Source: Deltaproteobacteria bacterium (GTDB taxonomy: Bacteria > Desulfobacterota > Desulfobulbia > Desulfobulbales > Desulfurivibrionaceae). Taken from it: a stretch of 64,000 bases of DNA. Position 1 is the stretch's first letter. Each line of letters starts with the position of its first letter. Positions 25,733 to 35,683 of this stretch are shown here, in pieces. The notes under the pieces are model-generated. The model searched no databases and was not told the DNA's origin. It worked only from the letters and a program-made list of their open reading frames with translations. Made by a program: the position numbers and the translations under genes. Location: positions 19,772-83,771 of the forward strand of contig DUZU01000005.1 in assembly GCA_013349285.1 (NCBI GenBank). The letters run 5' to 3'.

Positions 25733-27187
25733 ATGATGGCGGTTAATGAAAAACTTCTAAAAGGCGGGGTGGAAATTCAGGATGGTGCCTATCTCTTAAG
25801 GGTATCCAGGGACCGTTTGCAAGCGGTTGTCACCCTGAAGGACATCAAGGAAGCCGTCCAGCTCGATTTTGCAAAACTTAAAAATGATCTTAAAGAAAAC
25901 GGGATTGAGTTTGGGGTGCTTCCCGAGCCCGAAGCCGGCGGGAGCTCTTCTTTTCTGGTCGCCAAGGGTAAGGCGCCCGTGCCCGGTGAAAATTCCAAAG
26001 TTAAACTCCACGTAAAACCTTCCGTCGTCCATGTGCCCAAAAGGAAAAATCCTGATAAGGATGAGGTTGATTTCCGCGAACTGGGTAATATCGTCAATGT
26101 TGCCAAAGACACCTTACTCGTCGAAAAGATTGCCCCCACCCTGGGCAAGGCCGGGATGGATGTCTTTGGGGTGGGGCTTCCGGCAAAGCCCGGCAAGGAT
26201 CGAAATCTGAAATCCGGGAAAGGGGTCAGGCTTTCAGAAGATTCCATGAAGATATATGCCGATCTGGACGGTAAATTTGTCATGGCCGAAGGCAAGCCGT
26301 CGGTTTTTGGTGAGCATGCCGTGTCCGGCGATGTGGATATGTCGGTGGGCAATATCGTTTTCGGCGGCAGCAAGCTGATTATTGCCGGAGAAGTGCTTTC
26401 CGGCTTCAGCGTTAAATGCCGTGGTGACATCGTGATCCAGCAGGGAGTCAATAACGCCTTTGTTATGGCCGGCGGCGATTTGTATGTTGCCTCCGGTACG
26501 GTGGGTGAGGATGCCGTGTTGCGGGCCAAGGGTAATGTCACCGTCGATTTTGTTGAAAACGGACCGCATATCGAAACCGCCGGCAAGTTGATTGTTAATG
26601 ATTTTTTGGTGCAGATTGACGCCAAGGTGGGCAAGGATGTTATTGCCACCAAGGGCAAGGGGACGATCATCGGCGGCAAATTCATAGTTGCCGGCTCTAT
26701 TCATGTTGTCGATCTCGGCTCCGATGCCGAGATCATGACGGATATCAGCGTCGGGATGATCCCCTCGCTGCAGGCCAAAAAGATTAAATTGGATGAGGAG
26801 TTCGTCACCTGGTCGGACCGCTTGAACGAGGTCTTGAAAAATATCAGCGCCCTGGACAAGATGAAAAAGGACATGGGGGCGGGCTTTCCCGAAGATAAGG
26901 CGGTTTTACTCAAGAAGTGCCAGGGGTTCATGCCCAAGGCCATGGATAAGGTTAATGATCTGACCGAGGCCAACAACCAGCTGGCGGAAGAGCTGGGGCA
27001 GATGATCAATGAGCGGATTTACGTGTACGGCACCCTTTTTCCCGGGGTGGTGGTCAAGATCGGTAGTCTGGCCCGAACCATTACTCTGGAAGAGCAAGAG
27101 GTGGTGGTCTTTTTCGATAAGGAGGTCCACCAGATTCTGGTCCGGAAGATGACCCGCGAAGAGCGGGCGGCCAGGCCGGAAATATAG
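25733..27187 (+). CDS. FapA/DUF342-family protein
   Basis: 484 aa. Repetitive beta-helix-like G-x-V/I repeats in the central part and a C-terminal coiled coil, the typical DUF342 layout. Confidence 0.75.
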   Translation: MMAVNEKLLKGGVEIQDGAYLLRVSRDRLQAVVTLKDIKEAVQLDFAKLKNDLKENGIEFGVLPEPEAGGSSSFLVAKGKAPVPGENSKVKLHVKPSVVHVPKRKNPDKDEVDFRELGNIVNVAKDTLLVEKIAPTLGKAGMDVFGVGLPAKPGKDRNLKSGKGVRLSEDSMKIYADLDGKFVMAEGKPSVFGEHAVSGDVDMSVGNIVFGGSKLIIAGEVLSGFSVKCRGDIVIQQGVNNAFVMAGGDLYVASGTVGEDAVLRAKGNVTVDFVENGPHIETAGKLIVNDFLVQIDAKVGKDVIATKGKGTIIGGKFIVAGSIHVVDLGSDAEIMTDISVGMIPSLQAKKIKLDEEFVTWSDRLNEVLKNISALDKMKKDMGAGFPEDKAVLLKKCQGFMPKAMDKVNDLTEANNQLAEELGQMINERIYVYGTLFPGVVVKIGSLARTITLEEQEVVVFFDKEVHQILVRKMTREERAARPEI

Positions 27188-27411
27188 TAAGTTTCTCTTT
27201 TGCCCTGTTGTGCTTCCCCTTTTATTGTTCCGGTTACTGGCTGCCCCGCCGTCTTCAGGGGGCCTGCTTTCGGCAGGCGGCATCCTCCTTAACAGGTGGT
27301 CCCCCCGGCTTTCGCGATAGTTTTTTGAAATCCCACCCCATAAAGAAGGTGGCTCTTTACCGCCTGATCATCAATAACAGGGGCGACCACCCCTTCAGCT
27401 GTGGGGGATGT

Positions 27412-28128
27412 TTATTTGGGCAACAACGCAACCATTTCCCGTACCGCTTGATCAAGGCCCACCATGATGGCCCGGGCCATGACCGCGTGGCCGATGCTCA
27501 ACTCTTCGATGGTGCCTAACGCCGCTACCCGCTGGGTGGTGAGGTAGTTGAGGCCGTGGCCGGCGTTAACCCGCAGGCCCAATTCGTAAGCTTCTTCGGC
27601 GGCGGTGGCAATGAGATCGAATTCATGGTCCCGTTCTTGTTCCGAGGCGGCATCGCAGTAGCGGCCGGTGTGGATCTCGACAAAGGTGGCGCCGATCTCC
27701 TTGGCCGCCACGATCTGCCTGGAGTCCGGGTCGATAAACAGGCTGACCGGGATGCCAGCCTTGCTCATTTGCGCAATTACTCCTTTGAGGCTTTTTTTCT
27801 GGCCGGCCACGTTTAGTCCGCCTTCGGTGGTCAGTTCCTTGCGTTTTTCCGGCACCAGGGTGACCATATCGGGCTTGATCTCCAGGGCGATATCAATGAT
27901 TTCCCTGGCCGCGCCCATCTCAAGGTTGAGCTTGGTTTTAACGGTCTGGCGCAGGATGCGCACATCCCGGTCCTGGATATGGCGGCGGTCTTCCCTGAGA
28001 TGGACGACGATGCCCTGGGCCCCGGCCAGTTCGCAGATGCCCGCCGCCAGCACCGGATCCGGCTCATTGATGCCGCGAGCCTGTCTGAGGGTTGCCACAT
28101 GATCAACATTGATGGCGAGACTAACCAT
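27412..28128 (-). CDS. pdxJ: pyridoxine 5'-phosphate synthase from an internal start
   Basis: ATG at 28128-28126 is preceded by AGGAGAGG (28140-28133). The 238-aa product matches normal PdxJ length and N-terminus. Confidence 0.5.
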   Translation of the reverse strand: MVSLAINVDHVATLRQARGINEPDPVLAAGICELAGAQGIVVHLREDRRHIQDRDVRILRQTVKTKLNLEMGAAREIIDIALEIKPDMVTLVPEKRKELTTEGGLNVAGQKKSLKGVIAQMSKAGIPVSLFIDPDSRQIVAAKEIGATFVEIHTGRYCDAASEQERDHEFDLIATAAEEAYELGLRVNAGHGLNYLTTQRVAALGTIEELSIGHAVMARAIMVGLDQAVREMVALLPK

Positions 28129-28581
28129 TTGTCCTCTCCTTTCTTTTTTTAAGAGTTGTGCGAGAATTTCTTGTTCCTTGGCCGCCATTAGCTCCGCTTC
28201 CGCATCGGACCGTTCATGGTCATAGCCTAAAAGGTGCAGCAGGCCGTGGATGAGCAGGATCGTCACCCGGCGATGCAGGCTGACCTCGTCTTTGGCGGCC
28301 TCTTTGGCCGCGGTGTCAATGGAGATGATGACATCGCCCAGGATCTCCGGGGCCAGATCGCCTCCTTCCCCCTCCTGCATGGCAAAGGCCAGCACGTTGG
28401 TAGGTCCTTTTTTGTTGCGGTACTGCTCATTGATAACCGCCATCTGCCGGTCGTCAACCAGGGCGATGCTGAGTTCGCTTGCCGGGCAATTGCAGATTTG
28501 CAACAGGGTTTCTCCCCGCCGCTTAAGCTGGGCAAGGCTGATTGGCAATCCCTTTAGGTCGTGGTTGAGTAGAACCGGCAT
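27412..28581 (-). CDS. in-frame fusion ORF: YbeY endoribonuclease (aa 1-151) + pyridoxine 5'-phosphate synthase PdxJ (aa 152-389)
   Basis: N-terminal part has the YbeY zinc motif [12 protein letters not shown]-terminal part begins [19 protein letters not shown] (the PdxJ N-terminus). There is no stop codon between them. Confidence 0.8.
   Translation of the reverse strand: MPVLLNHDLKGLPISLAQLKRRGETLLQICNCPASELSIALVDDRQMAVINEQYRNKKGPTNVLAFAMQEGEGGDLAPEILGDVIISIDTAAKEAAKDEVSLHRRVTILLIHGLLHLLGYDHERSDAEAELMAAKEQEILAQLLKKERRGQMVSLAINVDHVATLRQARGINEPDPVLAAGICELAGAQGIVVHLREDRRHIQDRDVRILRQTVKTKLNLEMGAAREIIDIALEIKPDMVTLVPEKRKELTTEGGLNVAGQKKSLKGVIAQMSKAGIPVSLFIDPDSRQIVAAKEIGATFVEIHTGRYCDAASEQERDHEFDLIATAAEEAYELGLRVNAGHGLNYLTTQRVAALGTIEELSIGHAVMARAIMVGLDQAVREMVALLPK
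28144..28150. repeat. A7/T7 homopolymer 16 nt upstream of the pdxJ ATG
   Basis: An extra A on the coding strand would end YbeY as ...[11 protein letters not shown] with a TAG overlapping the pdxJ start region. Confidence 0.9.
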
Positions 28582-28602
28582 AAACTTCCTTGCTGTGGGC
28601 GA

Positions 28603-29604
28603 TTATTTTTTTGCTCGTTTCGCCGAGGTGGCGGAGCCTGTGGGGGGTGGTCGGTGTTGCCCCTTTTTTTCGTAGGCTTTGATAATGTCTCGAACCAATC
28701 GGTGGCGGACCACGTCAACCTCTGAAAAATAGTTAAAGGCAATGCCGTTGATGTTTTTCAGGACCTTGGCGGCGTGAATCAGGCCGGACTGGCGAGCATC
28801 GGGCAAATCGATCTGGGTGATGTCGCCGGTGATCACCGCCTGGGAGTTAAGACCTAGGCGGGTGAGAAACATCTTCATCTGCTCGTGGGTGGTGTTTTGC
28901 GCCTCGTCCAGGATGACAAAGGCATTGTTCAAGGTCCGGCCCCGCATAAAGGCCAGCGGGGCAATCTCGATGATGCCCTGTTCAATCAGATCGGCGGCCT
29001 TTTCCCGGCCCAGCATATCGTTCAAGGCGTCATACAGGGGGCGCAGGTAGGGGTTGACCTTCTGGGCCATGTCGCCGGGCAGAAAGCCGAGCCTTTCGCC
29101 GGCCTCAACCGCGGGGCGGGCCAGGATAATGGCGCGCACCTGCTTATTGGCATAGGCTGAAACCGCCATGGCCACCGCCAGGTAGGTTTTGCCGGTGCCG
29201 GCCGGCCCGATCCCGAAAACAATATCCTGGTGCCGGATGCTGTCGATGTAGTGTTTCTGGTTGATGCTTTTGGGCGAGATAATCTTATGCTCGGCCGTGA
29301 TGTAAACCTGGTCCAGGAAAATATTTTTCAGGTTGGCTTTCGGCGCCGCTTCGAGAATCCTCAGTGCATATGCCACATCGGCCTGGTAGATCGGGTAGCC
29401 GGACTTGACCAATTCGTAAAGCTTGCCGAGGGTGGCGGCGGCCAGCTCGGTTTCGTGTTTGAGCCCGGAGATACTCAGTTTATTGCCCCTGGTTTTGATG
29501 GAAACCCCGGTGCCCTCTTCAATGGTGAAGAGATTTTTGTTGAGGTCTCCGCAAACCTGTCTGGCAATATCGTTTTCCGGAAAAGATATTTCGGTTGTGA
29601 TCAC
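28603..29604 (-). CDS. PhoH-family ATPase (YbeZ-like)
   Basis: 333 aa. Walker A GPAGTGKT, DEAQN, and the PhoH-type C-terminus. Directly upstream of ybeY, as in the ybeZ-ybeY pairing. Confidence 0.9.
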   Translation of the reverse strand: MITTEISFPENDIARQVCGDLNKNLFTIEEGTGVSIKTRGNKLSISGLKHETELAAATLGKLYELVKSGYPIYQADVAYALRILEAAPKANLKNIFLDQVYITAEHKIISPKSINQKHYIDSIRHQDIVFGIGPAGTGKTYLAVAMAVSAYANKQVRAIILARPAVEAGERLGFLPGDMAQKVNPYLRPLYDALNDMLGREKAADLIEQGIIEIAPLAFMRGRTLNNAFVILDEAQNTTHEQMKMFLTRLGLNSQAVITGDITQIDLPDARQSGLIHAAKVLKNINGIAFNYFSEVDVVRHRLVRDIIKAYEKKGQHRPPPTGSATSAKRAKK

Positions 29605-29622
29605 AATAATCCCCCAAAAAGG

Positions 29623-30528
29623 TTAGTTGGAGCCCTTTTTGAGTTTGGCCAGTTCCTGTTCCACCATCCGTTGTAATTCCTGAAGGTTGCGGTTCTGTAA
29701 CTTGCGGCCGTTGATAAAGATGGCAGGGGTGCCGCGGACTCCTATCTTGCGGCCGTCGATGATGTCGTTGTCCATGACCTTTTTGGTGATGGGGTCCTTG
29801 CGGTCTTTATTGAACTTATCCACGTCAAGCTCCAATGATTGGGCAAGTTCGATGAAGATCGGCTCCGTGTCCTTAATGGTCTTTGCGGCAGCGAAGCGTT
29901 TTTGATTTGCAAAGAGCAGGTCGTGGTATTGCCAGAATTTTCCCTGCCGGTGGGCGGCAAGTGAGGCCAGGGCCGCCGGTTGGGCTTTTTTGTGGAAAGA
30001 AAGCGGAAATTGTTTGAAAACAATCCTGATTTTATCCGGGTACTGGGTGACGACTTCATCAAACAAGGCGCCGACCTGGCTGCAGTAAGGGCATTCGAAA
30101 TCACTGAAGGCCACGAGCTCCACCGGGGCATCTTCCGGGCCGATAAAGGGGGCGCCTTTGGTGTTGATCTCCACGGTAAAGGAGATGGCGATCACCTGAA
30201 TTTTATTGGTTTTGCTGTTGGCCAAGATAACCTTGGGCGGGATGCCGGCCGGTTGCAGGCCGGAGACCGCTATCTTGTCCATGCCGGGGTCGACATCCAT
30301 GGTTTCCTGCAGGGAGCCGTTTTCGTCAAAGATGCTGAGTTTGCCGCCGGTGGTCAGGACATAGGTCAATTGGCCGTCGATGGAGACGGCAATGTCGAGG
30401 GGCGCGGCCTCGGTCTGAAAGTTAGCGGTGGTCGTCCAATCCATCCCGGCGTGCGCCGGCGAGGCAAGTAATGCCAGGAAAAACAGCATGGTGATTAAAG
30501 GTGATGAAAGATCTCTGACTTTATACAT
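29623..30528 (-). CDS. secreted DsbA-family thiol:disulfide oxidoreductase with an N-terminal extra domain
   Basis: Signal peptide present. An N-terminal beta-rich domain of about 130 aa, then a thioredoxin fold with an active-site CPYC. Confidence 0.8.
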   Translation of the reverse strand: MYKVRDLSSPLITMLFFLALLASPAHAGMDWTTTANFQTEAAPLDIAVSIDGQLTYVLTTGGKLSIFDENGSLQETMDVDPGMDKIAVSGLQPAGIPPKVILANSKTNKIQVIAISFTVEINTKGAPFIGPEDAPVELVAFSDFECPYCSQVGALFDEVVTQYPDKIRIVFKQFPLSFHKKAQPAALASLAAHRQGKFWQYHDLLFANQKRFAAAKTIKDTEPIFIELAQSLELDVDKFNKDRKDPITKKVMDNDIIDGRKIGVRGTPAIFINGRKLQNRNLQELQRMVEQELAKLKKGSN

Positions 30529-30656
30529 GTCTTAATAACCTCCTGATTGAAGCATCGGTGAATCACCTGAATGATTATGTGAAGTAAGAAGAATTGCTTA
30601 TTATAGCGTTAGCTAAGGATAAAGCAATAACGGGAAGTGTTAATTGTTAATAAATT

Positions 30657-31913
30657 TCAGGTTAGGTTTTCAGCCAGCAACACGGCAAGATGTTTAACGG
30701 CCACCGGATAATTGTTTCTTGGCGCCTCTCGGCTGAGTTGAAGCAGGCATCCGGTGCAGGTGGTGGTGACCACGCTGGCGTTGGTGTGCTGGATGCCGGT
30801 GATAAGTTTGTCGGAAATGGTTGCGCTCAGTTCAGGCTGCGCCAGATGAAATAAGCCGCCCTGGCCGCAGCATGTTGCGCCATGTTCCGGCTCGACCGGG
30901 ATGAAGCCCGGCAGACGGCGCAATAGTTGCCGGGGCGGCTCGGTGATTTTGTGTTGAAAACGTAAGTGGCAAGGGTCGTGATAATAAATTTTGTTATCGG
31001 CGCCATCTGATCCCGGCGGCCGGAAAAACAGCGAATCTTTTTTTTGTTGAAAAAAAGAGGAGAATTCGAGCAGGCGCCCGGTAAAATCCTGGGCCTTTTT
31101 TTGCCAGCGGGGGTCATCTGCCAGCAGGTGCGGGTAGCTCAGCAGGTGGCTGTAGCAGGAGGCGCAGGAGGTGAGGATCGGGTTGGGGTTGAATGCAAAG
31201 GCGGCGATGTTTTTTTTAGCCAGAGCCCGGGCGGTTGTGAGGTCTCCTGCGCTGTGGGCCGGAAGACCGCAACAGCATTGGGCGGCGGATATTGCCGGCG
31301 CCGAAGCGGTGGCCTTTTGGGCAAGTAGTTTCGTGGCCTTTGCTATGTCGAGATTAAGGTGGCCGGCGTAACAGCCGGTGAAATAGTTCAGCGGGGAATC
31401 GGTTGCGGCTTGGGCGCCGGCCCCAACCTCAATGGAAGCGGCAAGTCCGGTGCCGGGGCCGAGGCCAAACCGCAGCCGCAGGCCGCTGGCCTCGGGCAGG
31501 GCGTCAAGAGCCCGGCGATTGATGCCGGCGATTTTTTGCAGCATTTTCTCGTTGCCGAGAATCTCGCAGGTGAGGCTCCGCAGGAAGCGGTGTTCACCAG
31601 CCTTGCGGTTGAGGTGGTGGCGGGCGGCGGCAAAGATGGCCGGCGGGTCGAGCTGGCGGGAGCAGACCGCGCTGCAGGCGCCGCATAACAGGCATTTGGA
31701 TAATATTTCCGCGTAAAGCCTTGAGGCCCGGCCCGGATCAAGGCGGCTGATCAGGTGCAATTTGCCCCGGGCCGTCATGCTCTCCCGGCCGCTCGCTTGA
31801 TAAACCGGGCAGACCACCGAGCAGGCCCCGCACTTTGCGCATTTGTTTTCGTTGGTCATGCTCATCAGGGTATAAAAAAAGAGTTTCGGCTTTAAGGGGT
31901 TGCTCGGTTGCAA
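30657..31913 (-). CDS. (Fe-S)-binding CCG-domain oxidoreductase (GlcF/HdrD-like)
   Basis: Two ferredoxin motifs (CAKCGACSVVCP, CLLCGACSAVC) and C-terminal Cys-rich CCG motifs (CCCG, CCGQGG). The true start may be the internal MSMTNE. Confidence 0.8.
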   Translation of the reverse strand: MQPSNPLKPKLFFYTLMSMTNENKCAKCGACSVVCPVYQASGRESMTARGKLHLISRLDPGRASRLYAEILSKCLLCGACSAVCSRQLDPPAIFAAARHHLNRKAGEHRFLRSLTCEILGNEKMLQKIAGINRRALDALPEASGLRLRFGLGPGTGLAASIEVGAGAQAATDSPLNYFTGCYAGHLNLDIAKATKLLAQKATASAPAISAAQCCCGLPAHSAGDLTTARALAKKNIAAFAFNPNPILTSCASCYSHLLSYPHLLADDPRWQKKAQDFTGRLLEFSSFFQQKKDSLFFRPPGSDGADNKIYYHDPCHLRFQHKITEPPRQLLRRLPGFIPVEPEHGATCCGQGGLFHLAQPELSATISDKLITGIQHTNASVVTTTCTGCLLQLSREAPRNNYPVAVKHLAVLLAENLT

Positions 31914-31946
31914 CGGCGGCGCAACCCCTTAAAGCACGTTACCCTG

Positions 31947-33042
31947 TTATCGCAGCCATAGCAGATAGGCCTTGATGAAGGGGTCAAGGTTGCCGTCGAG
32001 CACGCTTTCCACATTGCCGGTTTCATGGTTGGTCCGGTGGTCCTTGATCATGCGATAGGGCTGCATGACATAGGAACGGATCTGGCTGCCCCAGGCGATT
32101 TCCTTTTTCTCGCCGGTAATTTCCTGGTGCTGCTCCTGTTGCGCCTCTTTTTCCTTTTCGTAGAGACGGGCCTTGAGCATCTTCATCGCCGTGTCCTTGT
32201 TGCGGTGCTGGGAGCGTTCGTTCTGGCACTGGACCACGATATTGGTCGGCAGGTGGGTGATGCGGATGGCCGAGCTGGTTTTGTTGATGTGCTGGCCGCC
32301 GGCGCCGCTGGCCCGGTAGGTGTCGATGCGCAGATCCTTTTCATTGATCTCCACCTCGATGTCGTCGGCAAGCTCCGGAAAAATAAACACCGAGGCAAAG
32401 GAGGTGTGGCGGCGGCCTCCGGTATCAAAGGGCGAAATCCGCACCAGACGATGGATGCCCATCTCCGAGCGCAACAGCCCGTAAGCATGCAGGCCGGTAA
32501 CCATGATGGTCACGCTTTTGACCCCGGCCTCATCGCCGGGCAGCATGTCGAGGATATCGGTGGCAAACCCTTTTTCTTCGGCCCAGCGCAGATACATGCG
32601 CAGCAGGATGTCGGTCCAGTCCTGGGCCTCGGTGCCGCCGGCGCCGGCGTGGATGGTGATCATGGCATTGCTGGCATCGTGTTCGCCGGAGAACATGCAC
32701 TCAAGTTCCATGGACGAAATGCGGTCGATAAGAGGGGTCAGCAGCTCGTCAACCTCGCCTGCCGTGTCGCTGTCGCCTTCGGAGACGGCGAGTTCGAGCA
32801 GGACCTCGGCCTCTTCCAGGTCCGCCCGGCATTGCTCCCATCGGTCGATGTAGTTCTGCAGAGCGCCCTGTTCTTTTTGCACTGTTTGCGCCTTGTCGGT
32901 GTTGTTCCAGAAATCAGGGGCCAGGGTCAGGGATTCAAGCTCGCTGATTCTTTCGCGTTTGTTGTCTAATTCAAAGATGCTCCTGGAGGGTGAGCAGGCG
33001 GGTCTTGAGATCTTGGATTTTTTGTTTGAGTTCTGCGGACAT
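31947..33042 (-). CDS. prfB: peptide chain release factor 2, programmed +1 frameshift
   Basis: ORF0 (33042-32971) is MSAELKQKIQDLKTRLLTLQEHL followed by TGA. The +1 frame continues ELDNKRERISELE... into the 311-aa ORF carrying SPF and GGQ motifs. Confidence 0.9.
32971..32984 (-). other. RF2 recoding site
   Basis: Minus strand reads AGGAG-CAT-CTT-TGA. This is an internal SD 3 nt before the slippery CTT and in-frame UGA, the same geometry as the classical prfB site. Confidence 0.85.
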
Positions 33043-33059
33043 GTTGTTCTCCTGATTAT

Positions 33060-34658
33060 CTAAACATTATTTTTTGGTTCGGGTTTACCGGTTAATATCC
33101 GCCACAAGAGGCAGCTTGCGGTCAACAGGAGGCATAGATACGGAAATAGATAGCCTTTGTCGACGTAAAAGGTTGTGAGGCCCAGTAGCGGCATCTTGCG
33201 GCCGGCTGTATATGGCTTGAAAAGCGGAGACGCCGCCTGGAGCTGGCCGCTCGGCTCAATAAACCCGCTGATGCCGGTATTGGCGGCCCGCGCCACACTT
33301 CGCCGGTTCTCCACCGCCCGGAATACCGCCATGGCCAGATGCTGGTATGGGGCGCTGGTCCGGCCGAACCAGGCATCGTTGGTGATGATGACCAGCAGGT
33401 TGGCGCCTTTGCTTACCTGCTCACGGCTCAGCTCCGGGAAGATGCTTTCAAAGCAGATTAATACCCCAATTCGGCTGTTCTGGCAAGATAGCGGCTTATG
33501 GAAAGCGCCGGGGGAGAAGTCCCCCATGGTTTCCACCACCGGCGAGGCAAAGGCCAGTAATTGGCGAAACGGAATATATTCGCCGAAGGGCACCAGGTGC
33601 TGTTTGTCGTATCGTTCCCCCATCCGGCCATCCGGGCTGACGAGAAAGGCGCTGTTGTAATATCTGATCGGGGCGGTGGCGGCGGCGCGTTCCCGGTGCG
33701 GGGCGCCGGTTAGGATTGCAACCTGGTGGGGATGGGCCAGGCCGGTTTGCAGAAGCAGGGAAAGGGCGTGCTCCTGCGGGTAAAAGGGCAGGGCTGTTTC
33801 CGGCCAGACGATCAGATCGGTGGCGCCGTTTTGTGCGAGGGCCAGCCGGGAGAGCTCAAGGTAGCTTTCCACGGTTTGTTTCTGGGAGGCGGCCAGCCAT
33901 TTCTGGTCCTGGGGAATGTTGGCCTGGACCACCGCCACCCTGAATTTTTCGGCCTGGGCCAGCAAAGAGGGGATTGTCCGCAGTTGATGCAGGTTGTAGC
34001 CGGCGGCCGCGATGAGAAGCAACAGGGCTGCGCCCATGGTCCTTGGTTGGGCTATTTTTTTTTGATAGACGGCGGCAGCCCCCAGCATGAGCAAGACATT
34101 GGCCGTCACGATCAGGAAGCTGACCCCGTGATGCCCGACCAGGTCGGCCACCTGAATCAGGCCGGGCGCGTCGTACTGGCTGTAGCCCAGATCAAGCCAG
34201 GGGAAACCGGTGAACAGTTTGCTGCGGACAAAGTCGAGGGCCACCCAGAAGAAGGGGGCGCTGCAAAGTAATGGGATTTTCGGGGCAACCAGTCGGCAGA
34301 GTCCGGTAAAAAGGGCCAGGTAGCAGCTCATATAGGCGGCCAGCAGAATCAGGGCCAGAATGGCCAGGGGCAGCGGCACCTGGCCGAAGGTGGCAAGCAC
34401 GGTGATGATCCAGTGCAGCAGGGGCAGGTAATAGAGCAGGCCGCTGAGCAGGCCGAGCAAGGCGGCTTTTTTGACCGAGCAGTTGTTGACGGCCCAGAGC
34501 AGGGGGATCAGCGCCACCCAGGCCAGCGGCGAAAATGAAAAAGTGCCGGGTGAGGCCAAGAAAAGCAACAGGCTGGTCGTTAATGCCGCCGCCCAAGAGG
34601 ATGGCCACTCCCTCATGCCCGGAGGCCGGGCGGCTAAGCTGTGTGAGTCAGCCGCCAT
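33060..34658 (-). CDS. lnt: apolipoprotein N-acyltransferase
   Basis: 532 aa. Multi-TM N-terminal half plus a CN-hydrolase domain (ICFESIFPE with the catalytic Cys). Follows corC, as in the enterobacterial ybeX-lnt arrangement. Confidence 0.9.
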   Translation of the reverse strand: MAADSHSLAARPPGMREWPSSWAAALTTSLLLFLASPGTFSFSPLAWVALIPLLWAVNNCSVKKAALLGLLSGLLYYLPLLHWIITVLATFGQVPLPLAILALILLAAYMSCYLALFTGLCRLVAPKIPLLCSAPFFWVALDFVRSKLFTGFPWLDLGYSQYDAPGLIQVADLVGHHGVSFLIVTANVLLMLGAAAVYQKKIAQPRTMGAALLLLIAAAGYNLHQLRTIPSLLAQAEKFRVAVVQANIPQDQKWLAASQKQTVESYLELSRLALAQNGATDLIVWPETALPFYPQEHALSLLLQTGLAHPHQVAILTGAPHRERAAATAPIRYYNSAFLVSPDGRMGERYDKQHLVPFGEYIPFRQLLAFASPVVETMGDFSPGAFHKPLSCQNSRIGVLICFESIFPELSREQVSKGANLLVIITNDAWFGRTSAPYQHLAMAVFRAVENRRSVARAANTGISGFIEPSGQLQAASPLFKPYTAGRKMPLLGLTTFYVDKGYLFPYLCLLLTASCLLWRILTGKPEPKNNV

Positions 34659-35509
34659 TATTTGGGCTTACGCTGGATTTTTACGGTGGAGATCCGGCGC
34701 TGATCGGCGGATACCACTTCAAAGACCAGGGAGTTGATCAGCATGGTGGTGCCGGGGGTGGGCACCCGGTCGAGGTAATTGATGATCAGGCCGCCCACTG
34801 ACTCGTAGGGGCCTTCCGGCATATCGATCTTGAAGAAATCCTCGACCTCTTCGATATCGATCTTGGCATCGGCCAGCAGGATGTTTTCGCTGATCACCTT
34901 CCAGTTTTTTTCCGGTTTGTCGTACTCGTCCCTGATTTCGCCGACAATTTCTTCCAGGACATCTTCAAGGGTTATCAGGCCGCGGACGCTGCCGAATTCA
35001 TCGGTGACAATGGCCATGTGGATTTTTTGCGTCTGAAAATCCTTGAGCAGGTTGACGATCTTCCTGGTGTCCAAGGCGAAAAAGGCCGGTTTGACCAGTT
35101 CCGAGGCGGCGGGCATGGCTGACGCATTGAGGCAGAACGGCAGCAGATCCTTGGCGTGGAGGATGCCGATAATATTATCCGGACTATCTTTATAGATGGG
35201 GATGCGGGTAAACCCTTCATCGGTGATGAGCTGGATCAGGGCCGCCGCCGAAACCTCGGCTTCGGCGGTAACCATCTCGCTGCGCGGGGTCATGACTTCG
35301 CGGATCAGGGTGTCACGGAATTCCATGATGCTGCTGATCATCTGCCCCTCGGCCGGGCCGATTAATCCTTGCTCTTCACCTTCATCCAGGATTTCCTGGA
35401 TTTCCTGTTCGATGTCTTCAGCGGTATCAGGGGGGCTGGTTATTTTTAGGAATTCAAGTAAGCGTTTTAGCGGGGAGTTGCCCGAATCGGAAGGTGAAGA
35501 TGATTCCAT
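34658..35509 (-). CDS. corC: CorC/HlyC-family protein (tandem CBS + CorC_HlyC domain)
   Basis: The ORF runs to 35635, but the Met at 35509 (MESSSPSD...) gives the usual length of about 283 aa. CBS pair and a C-terminal transporter-associated domain. Confidence 0.8.
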   Translation of the reverse strand: MESSSPSDSGNSPLKRLLEFLKITSPPDTAEDIEQEIQEILDEGEEQGLIGPAEGQMISSIMEFRDTLIREVMTPRSEMVTAEAEVSAAALIQLITDEGFTRIPIYKDSPDNIIGILHAKDLLPFCLNASAMPAASELVKPAFFALDTRKIVNLLKDFQTQKIHMAIVTDEFGSVRGLITLEDVLEEIVGEIRDEYDKPEKNWKVISENILLADAKIDIEEVEDFFKIDMPEGPYESVGGLIINYLDRVPTPGTTMLINSLVFEVVSADQRRISTVKIQRKPK

Positions 35510-35654
35510 ATTATGGTGAAGCGATCCTGTGTAAAAAAAAGAGTTAATGTTAAGCCGGATGGCAAACCCGCTGTTCGGGTGATTGGCTATTGTTAGATCG
35601 TAATATAAGTTCGCATTGGCTAAAGTAAATGCCAAGAGGTGTCAAGAAAAAAAA

Positions 35655-35683
35655 TTGACCTTTTTGTTCAAAATCGTTATAAG
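35655..35683 (+). promoter_or_regulatory. strong sigma70-like promoter
   Basis: TTGACC (35655-35660), a 17-nt spacer, then TATAAG (35678-35683). An A-tract lies immediately upstream. About 290 nt upstream of the biotin carboxylase start. Confidence 0.5.

Noticed and set aside
31947-32882. RF2 as a 5'-truncated gene or pseudogene.
   Set aside because: The missing N-terminus is recovered by the canonical CTT-TGA +1 frameshift at 32971-32976.
34658-35635. Full 325-aa version of the CorC ORF.
   Set aside because: The first 42 residues (MAFTLANANLYYDLTIANHPNSG...) are encoded by AT-rich intergenic-looking DNA. The Met at 35509 gives the usual family length.
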